From: Felis catus
Taxonomy: Eukaryota
Assembly: GCF_018350175.1 (NCBI RefSeq)
Contig: NC_058368.1
Location: 56,856,001-56,920,000 of the forward strand
Length of the DNA: 64,000 nt
Direction of reading: 5' to 3'
In this document: in pieces, positions 13,666 to 26,835 of the stretch
How the letters are laid out: each line of letters begins with the position of its first letter
Numbering within the stretch: the stretch's first letter is position 1
Made by a program: the position numbers and the translations under genes
Notes under the pieces: generated by a model
Database searches by the model: none
What the model was told of the DNA's origin: nothing
What the model saw: only the letters and a program-made list of their open reading frames with translations

Positions 13666-15397
13666 CACATGCAAATTTTAAATATATAAATATGATAAGG
13701 AGGTGAAAAAGGAGAATAACATCATGAATAATATTTTGCAATGACAATGTTCAATATGTAATTAGAATAAAAAGAGTTAAATACTGAAAATAAAACTAAA
13801 TAATTTTTGAATTACCGATAGGGAAAATTAATAAGGAAAATCAAATTGTATCAATAAAAGAGATGAGACATATCATTAAAATGTATCTTTACACCAGCGA
13901 TGCCCTCATGAAATATTTCAGAGTAGAAAGTTTCAGAAATCAATCCTGGCAACAAAAATTCTATGAGCCGTCAAGAACTATGACAATCAAGTATCACAGA
14001 GCTCTGGAGTATAGTTAGGACACTGACAGCATTGAAAGGGGTGCACAATGAATAAAAAGGTAAATTTGGGTGGATTTTTGCATTTGCAAAGCAGCTACCA
14101 TCTCTCTTCCTCTAGTTCCATGAGAGGCAGCTGTGGGATTGGTAGATCAAATTACTGATACCTGTACCTGGTGTGGCTTCCTGGTACCAGTTGGGCATAA
14201 GAACTTTGCTTCCCAAGGATTAAGGGGAGTGGGGAGTGTTTTGATTTGCCTGCTGGTTCTCTGAGGGACCAGTGCAGGGGCTGGCCATTGTTTAATATTC
14301 AAGGCAATCTGTCATGTCACTGGGTGATTGCAGAGATAATGGAACCAAGTCTTCAGTGACCATACGGAGGAGGAATATAGTTCTGGAAAAATAGTTTGGA
14401 CAAGTTGCTAAACAAAAGATAACTGCATACAAACCACCCCCCCCCCCCACCGCCACCACACACACGCACACACTGGCCCATCCCAACAACAAGCAACATC
14501 AGCCATCCTGGAGAAGAATAATTTTAAAAGATTTTAAATGTTCAACAATATAAATGGAGAAATAAAGAGACTATGAAGTTCTATGTCCTACTGTTTTTCC
14601 TATTTTACTAATTTTTCCAAAAAAGTGAAAAATAAGACCTGTAACTTCTGGAGGCAAAAATGAAAAACAAAAAAGCAAAATACAAGTATTAAGTACTATT
14701 CATGTGATATGAATATCATTTGAAGATTCTTCTTGCTACTTTTCCAGTACCCTGAGCTTAATCCTCTGCAGTCAACTACAATTTACTATAGTAATAAATG
14801 GCTTAAAATGGTTTATACTTTTGTCCCTTTACCACAAATAGATCACATTAATATCTCTAGAATGGCTCTTGAAATCCAATTTTATTGTTTGGTTTTTGAG
14901 CCAGGAAATATGCGTATTTCAGTGTCATTAAAATCATTCTACATCTATAGAATATACCACCATGTTTTGGTAACTCTGATTTTCTAATAGAGAAAAAATA
15001 AAGCCAAAATAGAAGAAAAATAAGAATAAAGAAGACATTCTGGACTCTAATTTGTTATCTGAACAAGTTTTCTCAGGATGGCAACTTCAGGGGAAGATAT
15101 GCAAGATAGCCAAGACTTTAAAGCAGCTGCCAGGGAAATTTCCTAAGTTTAAAAGAAGAAATAAAATATTTAAGGGACTTGGCTAAAATTTTCAGCTCTC
15201 AGACCTATACAGATTTGATGACTCTCTTTAGAAAAAAAAAAGCCTGGAGGGGAGGGGAGACTGTGAAATGTATTAAAATAAATTTTAACCCCCAGGAATT
15301 TCCCTTACAGTTGTCTGAAAAAAAATCAAGATAGTAGCATATAACTCAAAATCTTATGCAAGGATATTAATATAAAACGTACTTTATGGATATATAT

Positions 15398-15886
15398 AGA
15401 CAGTCTCCAACTTATGCTTCAACTTAGTTTTTTAAGTTTATGATAGTGCAAAAGCAATATGCATTCAGTAGAAACCATCCTTCAAATTTTGAATTTTGAT
15501 CTTTTCCCAGACTGGCAATATTTGGTAGATATTCTATCATGATGTTGGGCAGTGACAGACAGCCATAGCTCCCAGTAGACACACAATCACGAGGATAAAA
15601 AACTGGTACACATAGAAACATTCTGTACCCATCCAGCCATTCCATTTTTCACTTTCATACAGTGTTCAGCAAATTACATGAGATATTCAACACTTTTTTT
15701 TTTTATAAAACAGGATTTGTGTTAGATTGTTGTCCTTAACTGTAAGCTAATGTAAGTGTTCTGAGCACAGTTGAGCTAGGCTAAGCTGTGGTGCTTGGTA
15801 GGTTAGGTGTATCAAACACATTTTTAACTCATGATATTTTCAACTTACAGTGAGTTTATTGGGACATAACTCCAGAAAGATCAATG
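15398..15886 (-). mobile_element. TcMar-Tigger non-autonomous DNA transposon (MER47/Tigger5-like)
   Basis: Matches my recalled consensus (ctaggctaagct, gtaggttaggtgtat, gatattttcaacttac); degenerate TIR at the left end. Confidence 0.75.
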
Positions 15887-16669
15887 TGTGTGTGTATGTT
15901 TTGTATGCATGTGTGTGTCCATCTATATGAAAGATTTGTTACATTATAAATATGTTTTGATTTTTTTAAGTTAGTATAAGGAAAAAAAATCCAATTTTAA
16001 GCTGTGCTCAGTTTTTTAAACCAAATTCTCAGCCTCATTTCATGAACCTAAAATCTAAGAATAACATCTGAGTGTAACACTGTCTTATTCCTATTCAATA
16101 TTCATATTCACAGAGGCTCAAGCAATTCTGTCTATGCAGTTTATCTTTTCTCTCTCAAGTCCCTGTGTTGTTGTTGTTGTTGTTGTTGTTGTTAGTGAAA
16201 CCAGGGCTGATCTTCCTGTTTCCTGCTGTCCAAAATCACTCTCTCTCTCAAATGTGTTCTGACTGTCCTAACTAGCTTAGGTTAGTATTTTTGAGACTTG
16301 ACTAGAAAAGCTTATGTGAAATTTTGAAATGAGTGCTGTGGAAATAGCTCCTTATTTTGAAAGGAAAAAAAGAGTTTGACTATTTCTCTAAATTGTATAG
16401 CATGTCAAAGCTCATTTGAGTGAAAACCAATTTCCTTCATAAACTGGGATCTGTTCATCTGTCCATTTGCTTTTCTAACATGACACTACATTCTTAATAC
16501 ACTGATCATTTTGTTTTGTTTTCCAAATATGTAATTGTGCTGCCTCTACTTTTTCACACATGGCTATATTCTGTAACTAAAACGACTGCTTCCTCTTCAT
16601 TTTTCCCCTTACATTTCATCTGACATTTCCTGTCATCTTTCGGCCCTCAGTTTAAAAGTGTACCCCTGA

Positions 16670-16883
16670 GGAGCACCTAGGTGGCTCAGTTAGTTAAGCG
16701 TCTCACTCTCAGTTTCAGCTCAGGGCATGATGTCATGGTTTGTGAGTTCCAGCCCTGCATCTGTCAGTGTGGAGTTTGCTTGGAATTCTCTCTTTCTCCC
16801 TCTCTCTCTCTCTCTCTCTCTGCCCCTCCCTGCTGTCTCTTTCAAAAGAAATAAATAAACTTTAAAAAAAAAAAGATTTAAAA
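16670..16883 (+). mobile_element. Older Can-SINE next to a carnivore L1 3' tip (about 16888-16950)
   Basis: TSD-like agtgtac(c/a)cctga on both sides; tgtacacctgaaactaatataacactgtat is L1 3' terminal sequence. Confidence 0.85.
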
Positions 16884-19599
16884 AACAGTGTACACCTGAA
16901 ACTAATATAACACTGTATATAACTATACTGGATTTAAAATAAAAAACTTAGCCCTCCGCAAAAAGTATCACATACAATCTTATTGGAATATTCACATAGA
17001 CCCAATAAAACTGATATTCTGCCAATCCTGTTTTACAGGTAAGCAAACTGTTGCTTAAGGACACTTAAGTTCACAAAACTATTGTGTTAACATTAAGAAA
17101 TTCCAAAGTATCTTTGCTTTTAAGAAATGTAACATAATGCATTTAAAAGAATATTCAGAGTGTTAAAGAATATGATTTTGATGGTAATCCCAGTTGAACA
17201 CTTCATGTTTTTAGCTACACACATAGGTAAAAAGGGTTTTCCTTGAATAAAAGTAACCCACTATTTTTCCTAATTTTACACTGGAAATTGTAAGCATTTT
17301 ACAGACTTTTATCATGCAAGTTTCCTTTCAAGTATGATTATCAAAACATAGAATTCAAGTTCAGCTTCTCATTTCCCCTGAGACCTCTTTTCACAAAGTG
17401 CACACATGCAGTGTCCGTACTTTTTAATTTGGGAAAGTTTATTTAATAAACTGAATAGGTATAAAGAGCTAAATACTTTCATACGAAGTAGTAATGATCC
17501 AAATCTTAATGCAGATGTCAGAAAAAAAAATTACTATTGTAACAAAATTGTAATTGTTCCTTTTTAATTTTGCCTGCTCTTGAAACAAAGAAGCAGCATG
17601 GGTTTTATACTTGTAGAGAGGATATGTTCATATTGTTTTCTACACTGCTACCTTCTAGGAATGCTCTAAAGTGTCATGTACACACTAAGCCTTAAGAAAG
17701 ATCATTAAAGACGTCATACTGAAAGCTTCATGTCGACCTCCTTCTTATAATTATATTTTGACAAGAGTAGTTATTTTATTGCATTTTATTCAACCCAAGT
17801 ATAATTTGGTATAACCTGCCAAATTAGAAAGGGTCTCTACATAGAAAGGCATGTAATTAATGTACTACAATTCTGGAAGGGTCAAATGTACATATCCATG
17901 TAATGAATAATTGTCACTTAATACTATTCAACCATGAAAAAAGAAGGGAAGTCCTGCCGTTTGTGACAGTATGGTGTGATATATTTATTTCATCCTGCTC
18001 TTCTCTTCTTGCCTATTGGCTTTTTTATCTTTAGGCTTGTTGCTCAGGTCAAAAGAGGTCACAGCACCAGTAATCACACCACCACTGAATTCAAGGCGGA
18101 CAAAAAGAGTAGGGTTTTTCACTTATCTTTTTTTGGGTGCAACATTCTTCAAATAAAAAGACTTCTTAATACTCAAGACTAGAATTGTACTATGGGTCCA
18201 TTCTTAAAATGAAGAATGAGAATGGAGGAGAATGAAGTAAATATTTCCCACTTACTTTAGAAATGGCTTATCCTGGATTTAATGGAGGAGCCAACCTTTA
18301 TTGAAACACTATACCAAACATAATTGCATAAGGAATTACATGCAGGAGGAAGAAATGTGTAGATTTTGTGTAAACAAACAGAATCTGATACATTCTTAAA
18401 AACTCACAAATTTTAAGCAGTTAGTGGAACTGCTCAAAAGCAAGATCTAAATTTTGTTTGAATTTGACAAGTAGTGGGAATTGTGTCTAGACCAATAACT
18501 TTCACTTCTCTAACTATCTTTAATTTCTAAAATATTTGGTCATGGTCTTTTGATGTAAATCAAATGCCTTCTGAATTCCACATCTTTCTTTCCTTATTTT
18601 ATATCCCATTCATTAAGTCAGTTTGAAACTTGGTGATCTTGGGGCAATTACTCCTCTCTACCATCCATAAATTTTATGGAGTTTTAAAAATGTTTGTCTG
18701 TGTGACTCTGTAAAAACATGATCATCTTTATAATCTGCACCATTTAAAAATTTTCTTCATTACTATTATTTTAAGTATAGAGTTAATTTGTTTTATAAGC
18801 TGGTTCATAGCTCATTTTTTTTAATGCTTTTAAGTCTTCCATCATGTGGTTGTTTTTCTAGTGACAGTGTTTACATATGTTAATAATATAGTTCTCAAAG
18901 AAAAATGTCATGTAATAAAAATAAAGGCCATGGCTAAGTTCACATGTCCATAATAGCATAGGTAGCTTGTGGTTTTTACCATGAGATAAGCTAATACCTA
19001 TATAATGCCAATAATACTAGACATTGGAATAGAAAGAGATTGCAAAATAGTTTACTAGTTTCAAATATTTTAGTGGCATTTGTTATGCATGTTTTGATTC
19101 AACCTTATTTTTTGTTGTTACTGTTTATCAATTGTATCCTATCAGCTGGTTAAATTCAGTGGTTGAGACTCCCTCTGGCTCTGAAATGACAGGAGTGTTT
19201 GGGATGAATATTGACTGGAAGCAGTAGGGTCAGAGAATCTTTCCCTATCCTGCTAAGGCACGAGTGAAGAAAGGGCCAGATGTGAATTAGAAGAAATTTT
19301 GCATGCATGGAAGAAGATACTGAGAAACCATCTAGCTATAGGAAATAAAATATCAATCCACATTAATGGAAATACTATGAGTTTTGTTGTAGCTCAAATA
19401 AAAATGAAATTCTGAGATTTTCTGAAAAGATTAGAACAAGTTAATGTAATTTCCCCTTCTTATTTCTGAAACTAAATTTTAAATTGTGTTATCTATTTCA
19501 TACATTTAATTTTTAAGCATTTTATTATCCTTCAAATATCACCAGCACTGTGTAAAGCATATAAAGTATATATTGTATTTAGTTATGTTTATAATTTTA

Positions 19600-19831
19600 T
19601 TTATTTATTATTTATTTTTTAATTTTTTTTAACCTTTATTTATTTTTGAGACAGAGAGAGACAGAGCATGAATGGGGGAGGGTCAGAGAGAGGGAGACAC
19701 AGAATCTGAAACAGGCTCCAGGCTCTGAGCTGTCAGCACAGAGCCCAACGCGGGGCTCGAACTCACAGACTGAAAGATCATGACCTGAGCTGAAGTCGGC
19801 TGCTTAACTGACTGAGCCACCCAGGCGCCCC
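19600..19831 (-). mobile_element. Can-SINE
   Basis: 20-bp TSD tagttatgtttataatttta at 19580-19599 and 19833-19852. Confidence 0.96.
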
Positions 19832-20387
19832 ATAGTTATGTTTATAATTTTAAAATAACACAATAATAATTGTATTCTTTCAAGGATAGAAAATAGATAT
19901 CTGGGTAGATTATGATTTCTCTCTAAAGTAAAGATGGAATGCAAATCATACCATTCGTTTTCTCAAGTGTGCAAAACACGGTCAGCTAATGTGGGCACAA
20001 GAGTTGGTTTCACAGGGCATAGAGGCTAGATTCTAGGAATAGCTTGCTTTCACTGGTTAGTTTTCCAACAATAACTAGTGCTATATTGGGTAGACCAACA
20101 CCATTATGGAAGATGAATTATGGGCCATACACATCATCAATTTGTGAAGACACTTGTTCGGTTTGCTTTTCATTTTTCCTGCTACAGCGGATGTGCATAG
20201 AAGAGATTTTTATAAAAACCATTATGCAAATATATTAAAGGGAATATATTTCATCAAGCTGCTAAGACTTACTCAGTCTTTAATACTGTATATTAATTTA
20301 GTATTTTTTAGAATCCCAAAAATTTGAAAATACTGATTGAGAACTGAAAATTTGCTGACTTAGACAGGAAGTAAGATATTCCCTTAC

Positions 20388-20458
20388 ATCACTTTCTCCC
20401 TGATTCATGGAAACATCTAGAACACGGGCCGTGAAACCAAAGCACGAACAGATGCTAC
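20388..20458 (-). other. Candidate 71-nt exon (unidentified transcript)
   Basis: Minus strand reads ttccattattctttaaatAG|GTAGCATC...AGTGAT|GTaagg; three CpGs retained in CpG-poor surroundings. Confidence 0.3.
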
Positions 20459-20712
20459 CTATTTAAAGAATAATGGAAAAATCATAACTTCAAGAAAAAA
20501 GCTGGCTGTGGTGGCCTTGGCATTGGCCCTTATTAATAATATACTGTCAGCTTAAATGAGGGAAAGGGCCATAGAAACACATGAGTGAAATGACACAACC
20601 AACACAATGGTGACTAGGCTTTTAGATTTCTTTCTCTTTTGTAAATAATGAAATTCTCCTATCCTTCTCCATATATACCCTGGAGTTCCGTTCATTGGAA
20701 AAGATAACAATA

Positions 20713-20933
20713 GGGGCGCCTGGGTGGCGCAGTCGGTTAAGCGTCCGACTTCAGCCAGGTCACGATCTCGCAGTCTGTGAGTTCGAGCCCCGCATCGGGC
20801 TCTGGGCTGATGGTGGCTCAGAGCCTGGAGCCTGTTTCCGATTCTGTGTCTCCCTCTCTCTCTGCCCCTCCCCCGTTCATGCTCTGTCTCTCTCTGTCCC
20901 AAGAATAAATAAAAAACGTTGAAAAAAAATTTA
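20713..20933 (+). mobile_element. Young feline Can-SINE
   Basis: 15-bp TSD gaaaagataacaata at 20698-20712 and 20934-20948; CpGs largely intact. Confidence 0.96.
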
Positions 20934-21265
20934 GAAAAGATAACAATAGATTCTATAATAAGTATATTTTAAAGTCATTGTGAGAAGAGATTTATAAATA
21001 TATACTTTCACTTGCTTTTGCAATGAACTCATTGCAAAGCTATACTAAAACATAATGGCATTGACTTAGCACATATTGCATTAATGCTGAACCATATTTC
21101 CCTCAGATTTGCATGTAATGTCATTTTGTCATAATTCCTAGACTTGAAAATGTGTCATAACTGGCTATCTCCCAGGAACTCTGGACTCACACATAGTGTG
21201 ATGAGAATAAGAATGTATTTAATTAGCCAATAATCACTCAGCTGTCCTTTTTTGTTTTTTTTATT

Positions 21266-21305
<40 letters not shown>

Positions 21306-22109
21306 ACAACAATATACTCTGGGGCAACTTAAAAATAAGGGTTAATTTGTGCTCAATTAATAATCATACCCTGTGTCTGATCGGAGTTTACATCAGACAA
21401 TGAAATGTGCTTTAAATAGCTTTTCTGTAAGAGAGGCTGAAGGAATAAAGAGGTGCAAAAAGATGAATAGACAAAATGCAATGGGGTATATTTGCTTCCT
21501 TGTATGTAATGTGCACAAACCAAGCTGGTTTCCATTTTAGGGCATTCTGATATCAATTGCTTTGTGCTGGTAAAGCATACTGTGTTATGCAGTTTTCCGT
21601 GGAAATAATCCCTGCCTTAAGGGTTTACAGCTTGAACATTCAGAACTGTCCAACCAATACAATTCAGACATATGCAGCTTAGCAAGCTGACTGGTAAAAA
21701 AGCTGGCACTGAACTCTTAGTTAAGATCCTGCATCAGCACCAGGGACACAGGCACAAACAAGGATGATCTGTTCTGTGACATAACCAATGAACTTGCAAT
21801 TAAAGGCAACTAACAGATTTTTAGAGTTCTAAAACTCTAAACACTAATATTAAACTCTATTAAACTCAATAAAGGATAGTGAAATATTAGCTTCTCTATT
21901 CTTAGCATGGTTTAGTTTTGCATAAAAATCCAAGTTTCTAGTTCATTTTTAAAAAGAAACTGAGTGTGATTATTGAAAAATGCTGGTGATGTTAAGTCTC
22001 CTTCTATACTCATTTTTTTTTCTGGCAACATTCTTGGGGGGAAACTTCAAGCATATAAATGCGTAGTGGTGAGTTACAGGGATTTCAAGCAAGAGTAAAT
22101 GAAATACAT

Positions 22110-22323
22110 TTTTAAATTATTTTTAAAATTTTTATTTATTTTTGAGAGAAAGACAGAGCATGGGTGGGGGGCAGAAAGAGAAAGAGAGATATAGAATCTG
22201 AAGCAGGCTTCAGGCTCCGAGCTGTCAGCACAGAGCCTGACATGGGGCTCAAACTCACAAACTGTGAGATCATTACCTGAGCCAAAGTCGGACACTTAAC
22301 CGACTGAGCCACCAAGGCCCCCC
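22110..22323 (-). mobile_element. Can-SINE
   Basis: 14-bp TSD taaatgaaatacat at 22096-22109 and 22324-22337. Confidence 0.93.
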
Positions 22324-22894
22324 TAAATGAAATACATCTTACAATATATGTTTTATTTAATCAAAAGATTATTTAATGAGTTTCAAAAGCATTGCCTATA
22401 TACATTCTTAAAAATCTTATCATATGTATAATATATCTGAATTCATATGAAGTACAAAATATTTTTAAAATGTCATTGAGTAATAGGAAAAAGCCTTGAT
22501 TTTTTAATACTAGATATAATAAACATATTTGTATACAGAAGGACACTATTCTGTAGTCCCTGTCCCAACATTTCAAGATACTGTATGAAATAGACCCATT
22601 CTGATATGACAATACAAGATATAAAAATGAGCAATGCTGAATACATTTACATTGTTTGCACATATCCCTGCTATTTTACATAGATATACCAAGGATACTG
22701 AATCCATTCATGTTGATGTCAGGAGTAAACGTGCTTACTTAAAATTTAGAAATCATTTTATATAGAAACTGTATTATGTATATAGTAGTCATATATATTT
22801 AAAGTTTAGATAGTAAATGTAGCACAGTTTTGCTTCTAATTTTATAAAAATCTGTGGTCTATATGAGGACCTAATTTCTTTTTGAGCCTTTTTT

Positions 22895-23083
22895 GTGTAA
22901 ATTTTATTTATTTATTTTGAGAGAGAGAGAGTGTGTGGGAGGGGCAGAGATAGAGAGAGACAGAAAGAATCCCAAGTAGGCTTTGCACTATCAGCATAGT
23001 GCTCAAACTCACAAGTGTGAGATCATGACCTGAGCCAGAATCAAGTATTGGATGCTTAACCAACTGAGCCACCCAGGTGCCCC
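22895..23083 (-). mobile_element. Older Can-SINE
   Basis: Head (+ strand tgagccacccaggtgcccc) and GA tract. Confidence 0.85.
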
Positions 23084-23274
23084 TACAAAGAAAGATTTTT
23101 TTAAAATGGTACTGAAAAGAATAGAGTCAAACTATCATAAAATGATTACATGTTAAAATATGTGAAGTGCAATATAGATGAGGTTTAGACAAGGTGATAT
23201 TTAAATGGATGACCACTTATTCTCTATTAAAGTAGTAAAAAATGTTTTATAACACTGGAGTAAAGAAAATTATA

Positions 23275-23278
<4 letters not shown>

Positions 23279-23357
<79 letters not shown>
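23279..23357. repeat. Compound (GT)n(AT)n microsatellite
   Basis: Directly visible. Confidence 0.95.
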
Positions 23358-23359
<2 letters not shown>

Positions 23360-25410
23360 GAACCACATTCATAGTAGGAATAGCTCTTAGTAGAGTTTCA
23401 AAAGGTACCAAATTATATATGTCCAGGCACAAGGTATTCAAAAATTCTTGAATGAATAACTGAAATCCTACTTAAACTTCAAATAGAACGATATACTTGG
23501 GAAGTAATGTAGCTATCCTCTGCATAAAGAATGCGTGCTTGCTCTATCTCCGCAGGATAGCAATGCAGAGTCTGGTTGGCTTCTCTGTCCAGGGTCAAAT
23601 TGGGATCTCTGCGTCGCTCCCTTCCTCTGTTCTCCACCTTTTCATCTTCACCACAGGCACAGCTAAACCATCACAAGCCTTGGTCTACTGGGCCAAGCAT
23701 CCCTTCCTGCATGAGGGAAGGTAAAACAGAAGGATTCCTTTTCCCAGGCAGACTGGCTGCCCAAAGAACTGAGTGAGGAAGAGGCTGAGCTACAAGAGTG
23801 TATATTTCCCCTTACATTTGATGTGACTCTAAATATTGGATATGAAGTCCCCATTCATTGCCCAACTAAGGAAACTCACTGCAACATTGATAGCATTGTA
23901 TTTGCTTTCTCAAACTTGTGTGTGTGTGTGTGTATGTGTGTGTGTGCGCGCGCATGTGTGTGTTTGTGTTTCTCTCCAAAAACTTTAAGAGAAAGTAAGG
24001 CTTTCCCATCTCAGTTGTATGACTGAATGAGGACAGGCACCATAATGGTCTCAACCACCATAAATCACATTCATGAGAGCCTTTGTTCCCTGGACTTTCA
24101 TCACAGATGTCAGCATCCCCCCTGTTATCTCGCCTGAAGCAGGATCACATTTACAGAAGCAGGCCATTTGATTCCTATTACACTTTGTGAGTTCTCCTTC
24201 CTCTGACAGAACAAGAGCAGTATTCTGGTTTAGAGCTCTTGAAATTGATACTACTGGGATAGGTGTTACTATAACAAAGGCAAAGCACAAAGAAAGCCAT
24301 TGTGAATTCTTCATGTTGTGATTAGAAAAGAAACATGTTCTGTCCATATTCACTTTGTTATTCAAATAGTGTTTTGGACATATTTTTCTCCTCGTCTGCA
24401 GTTCAAACCTCTCCAGGTAAAGGCAAGAACAAACTAAAGCCTTGCCTTGGTTCTGAGGTGTTCAATTGCAGTAAGATGGCCTCTCTAGAATTGTGAATAC
24501 TTGTTTCTAAAATAGATACCTATGTGTCCTTCTGTGTCTTTCTTTAGTATGGATTTTGTTTTTCCAGTGCAAAACATGCCAACTGACATATATTTTAAGT
24601 TAGAACCAATGTTAAAAAATAGTGCTGTATTTTCATGGCAAAAAAAAAATATTTTTATTTTCTATTTTCTTCTGCCTTTGAGATTTCTGTTTCAGATCTC
24701 TTCATGGGAAATGCAGATTCTTGTGGGGGGCATCCACAAATTCTGTTCTCCAGGATGGAAACGTCACCAGTGACCAGCAATTCTCAGGTTAAACATACTT
24801 TGGCAGAGGTTTAGAGAAGGCTGTCAGTGCCACTATGCTGTAAAACTTATGTAACCCAGAAACCATACAAAATGATATTCTATGAAGAGACTCTGATTTA
24901 TCTCTTTGATATAATTACTATAAGTCTGCTCTATTATTTTCCTACAGCTCCCCTTAAAATGGCACTTTATTTGCTATATCCAGTGGAGATACAACTAGCA
25001 CTCTGATTATCCCTTGTCTTACCAAAGTTTAATGAAAGCCTGCAATGTGCCAGGTAATACATTGGGGTTAGAAAGGAGGCAAAATTAAAACATCTCAGTC
25101 TTCACAGAACTCCTGTCTACTAAGAGATACAGAAAAGCAAATAACCTGTTAATAAATCAGTAAAATAAATGTTGTCATGATGGAAATAGAGGTGTTTTGG
25201 CTCTTAAAAAGTGCTGATCCTAATACACAAAAATATTTATTAATTCACCATAAACTTTACCTTTACCTATATTGGTGCTTGATTTGTCTGTATTAATCCA
25301 GGTTCTAACAGGTAGCTTCCTACATCATAAATTTCTAACTAGCTTTTGCTCTGGTACATTCAGTGAGTTAAACCACAAATCTACCTGAAAAAAAAAAAAG
25401 TTGTATGGGT

Positions 25411-26004
25411 TAATGTGGAGAACAAAGGCAAAAGAAAAAAAATAAATTTCCTCACGACTTATAGCCGAGATAAGTCCTTGAGACAGGCCCAGTGACCTTC
25501 ATCTAGGAACTCAACTGCCTCGATATTAATACATTAATACGTTGCTAAGGGCAAAAGGCAACCTTAGCTTAACATTAGCCCAACCTCTAGGATCCTGTAA
25601 GTCTCCTTTAACATATAAAAATTCCTTTGGAAACTTCCTTTATCTCTACCCCACTCTCCAAGATATATGTTAGCAATAATCCTCCATGCATTTGGCCCAC
25701 TGATTTACATCTGAATGGTCTCATGTCTAAGGTTTTCCAAGACAATAGTAAAGGACCTTTTCCTAATAACAGCTAGCCCCCTGAAGGTCCTAGAAACCTT
25801 GCTTCCAAACTCCTTAGAGACTTTTGCTATCCTTAGCCCCCTCCCAACTTGAAAGTGTATAATCAGCCACTCACAACTCCAGTGCAGCTCTTTCTGCCCG
25901 TGGATCCTGTCACTGTGCTTTAATAAAACCACACTTTTTGCACCTAGGACACCTCAAGAATTCTTTCTTGACCATTCACACCAAACCCCAACATTTTCAC
26001 ATCC
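25411..26004 (+). mobile_element. Solo ERV LTR (carnivore LTR family)
   Basis: Degenerate inverted termini taatgtgga...ttcacatcc, TATA-like gtataat, AATAAA near 25922. R/U5 is homologous to the LTR at 45113-45626. Confidence 0.8.
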
Positions 26005-26325
26005 CAGTACTTGTTATTCCATGCCCTTGCAAATAGGATTTATACTACCACACTGACCTTTGCCACAACTTGACTGTGTTTTAAAACAGATTGTTTTGTT
26101 TATATATGGAAAAAGATGGTCTGGCCAATGAATAGGAAGAATTTCATTGATTTGCATCTTTCTAGGGAAAGTGATGGATAATGGAAGTTATCAATATCAG
26201 AATAAAAATGGAGAAGGAAAAATGAACAGGGGAATTAATAGGAAAACAGATACATGAAGTAGAAGGAAAATCAAGGTGTAAAATAGAAATAATTTGGAGT
26301 TTTTAAATTGAATTTAAGACTGTTT

Positions 26326-26373
26326 TTCTGTTTTGTTTTTGTTCTGTTGTTTTAAAATTTTTTAGTGTTTATT

Positions 26374-26425
<52 letters not shown>

Positions 26426-26591
26426 CGCTTGTGGGGGAGGGGAAGAGACAAAGGGGGACACAGAATCCAAAGCAGGCTCCAGGCCCTGAGCTGTCAGCAC
26501 AGAGCCCTACACAGGGCTTGAACTCAAGAACCAAAAGATCATGACCTGAGCCTAAGGCAGGCATTTAACTGACTGAGCCCCCAGGTGCCCC
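26326..26591 (-). mobile_element. Can-SINE directly abutting the 3' end of L1-A
   Basis: SINE body; diverged TSD tttaagac(tg/ca)ttt at 26313-26325 and 26592-26604. Confidence 0.92.
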
Positions 26592-26835
26592 TTTAAGACC
26601 ATTTCTTTTTTTTTTTTTTATGAAATTTATTGACAAATTGGTTTCCATACAACACCCAGTGCTCATCCCAAAAGGTGCCCTCCTCAATACCCATCACCCA
26701 CCCTCTCCTCCCTCCCACCCCCCATCAACCCTCAGTTTGTTCTCAGTTTTTAAGAGTCTCTTATGCTTTGGCTCTCTCCCACTCTAACCTCTTTTTTTTT
26801 TCCTTCCCCTCCCCCATGGGTTCCTGTGAAGTTTC

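Noticed and set aside
20713..20790. tRNA-like A/B boxes
   Set aside because: These are heads of tRNA-derived SINEs, not tRNA genes.
21017..21038. Palindrome tttgcaatga-ac-tcattgcaaa
   Set aside because: 10-bp arms are plausible by chance in 64 kb of AT-rich DNA, and there is no other support.
24051..24365. 104-aa minus-strand ORF (also 37395-37715, 106 aa)
   Set aside because: Neither shows recognisable homology or motifs, and the lengths are compatible with chance.
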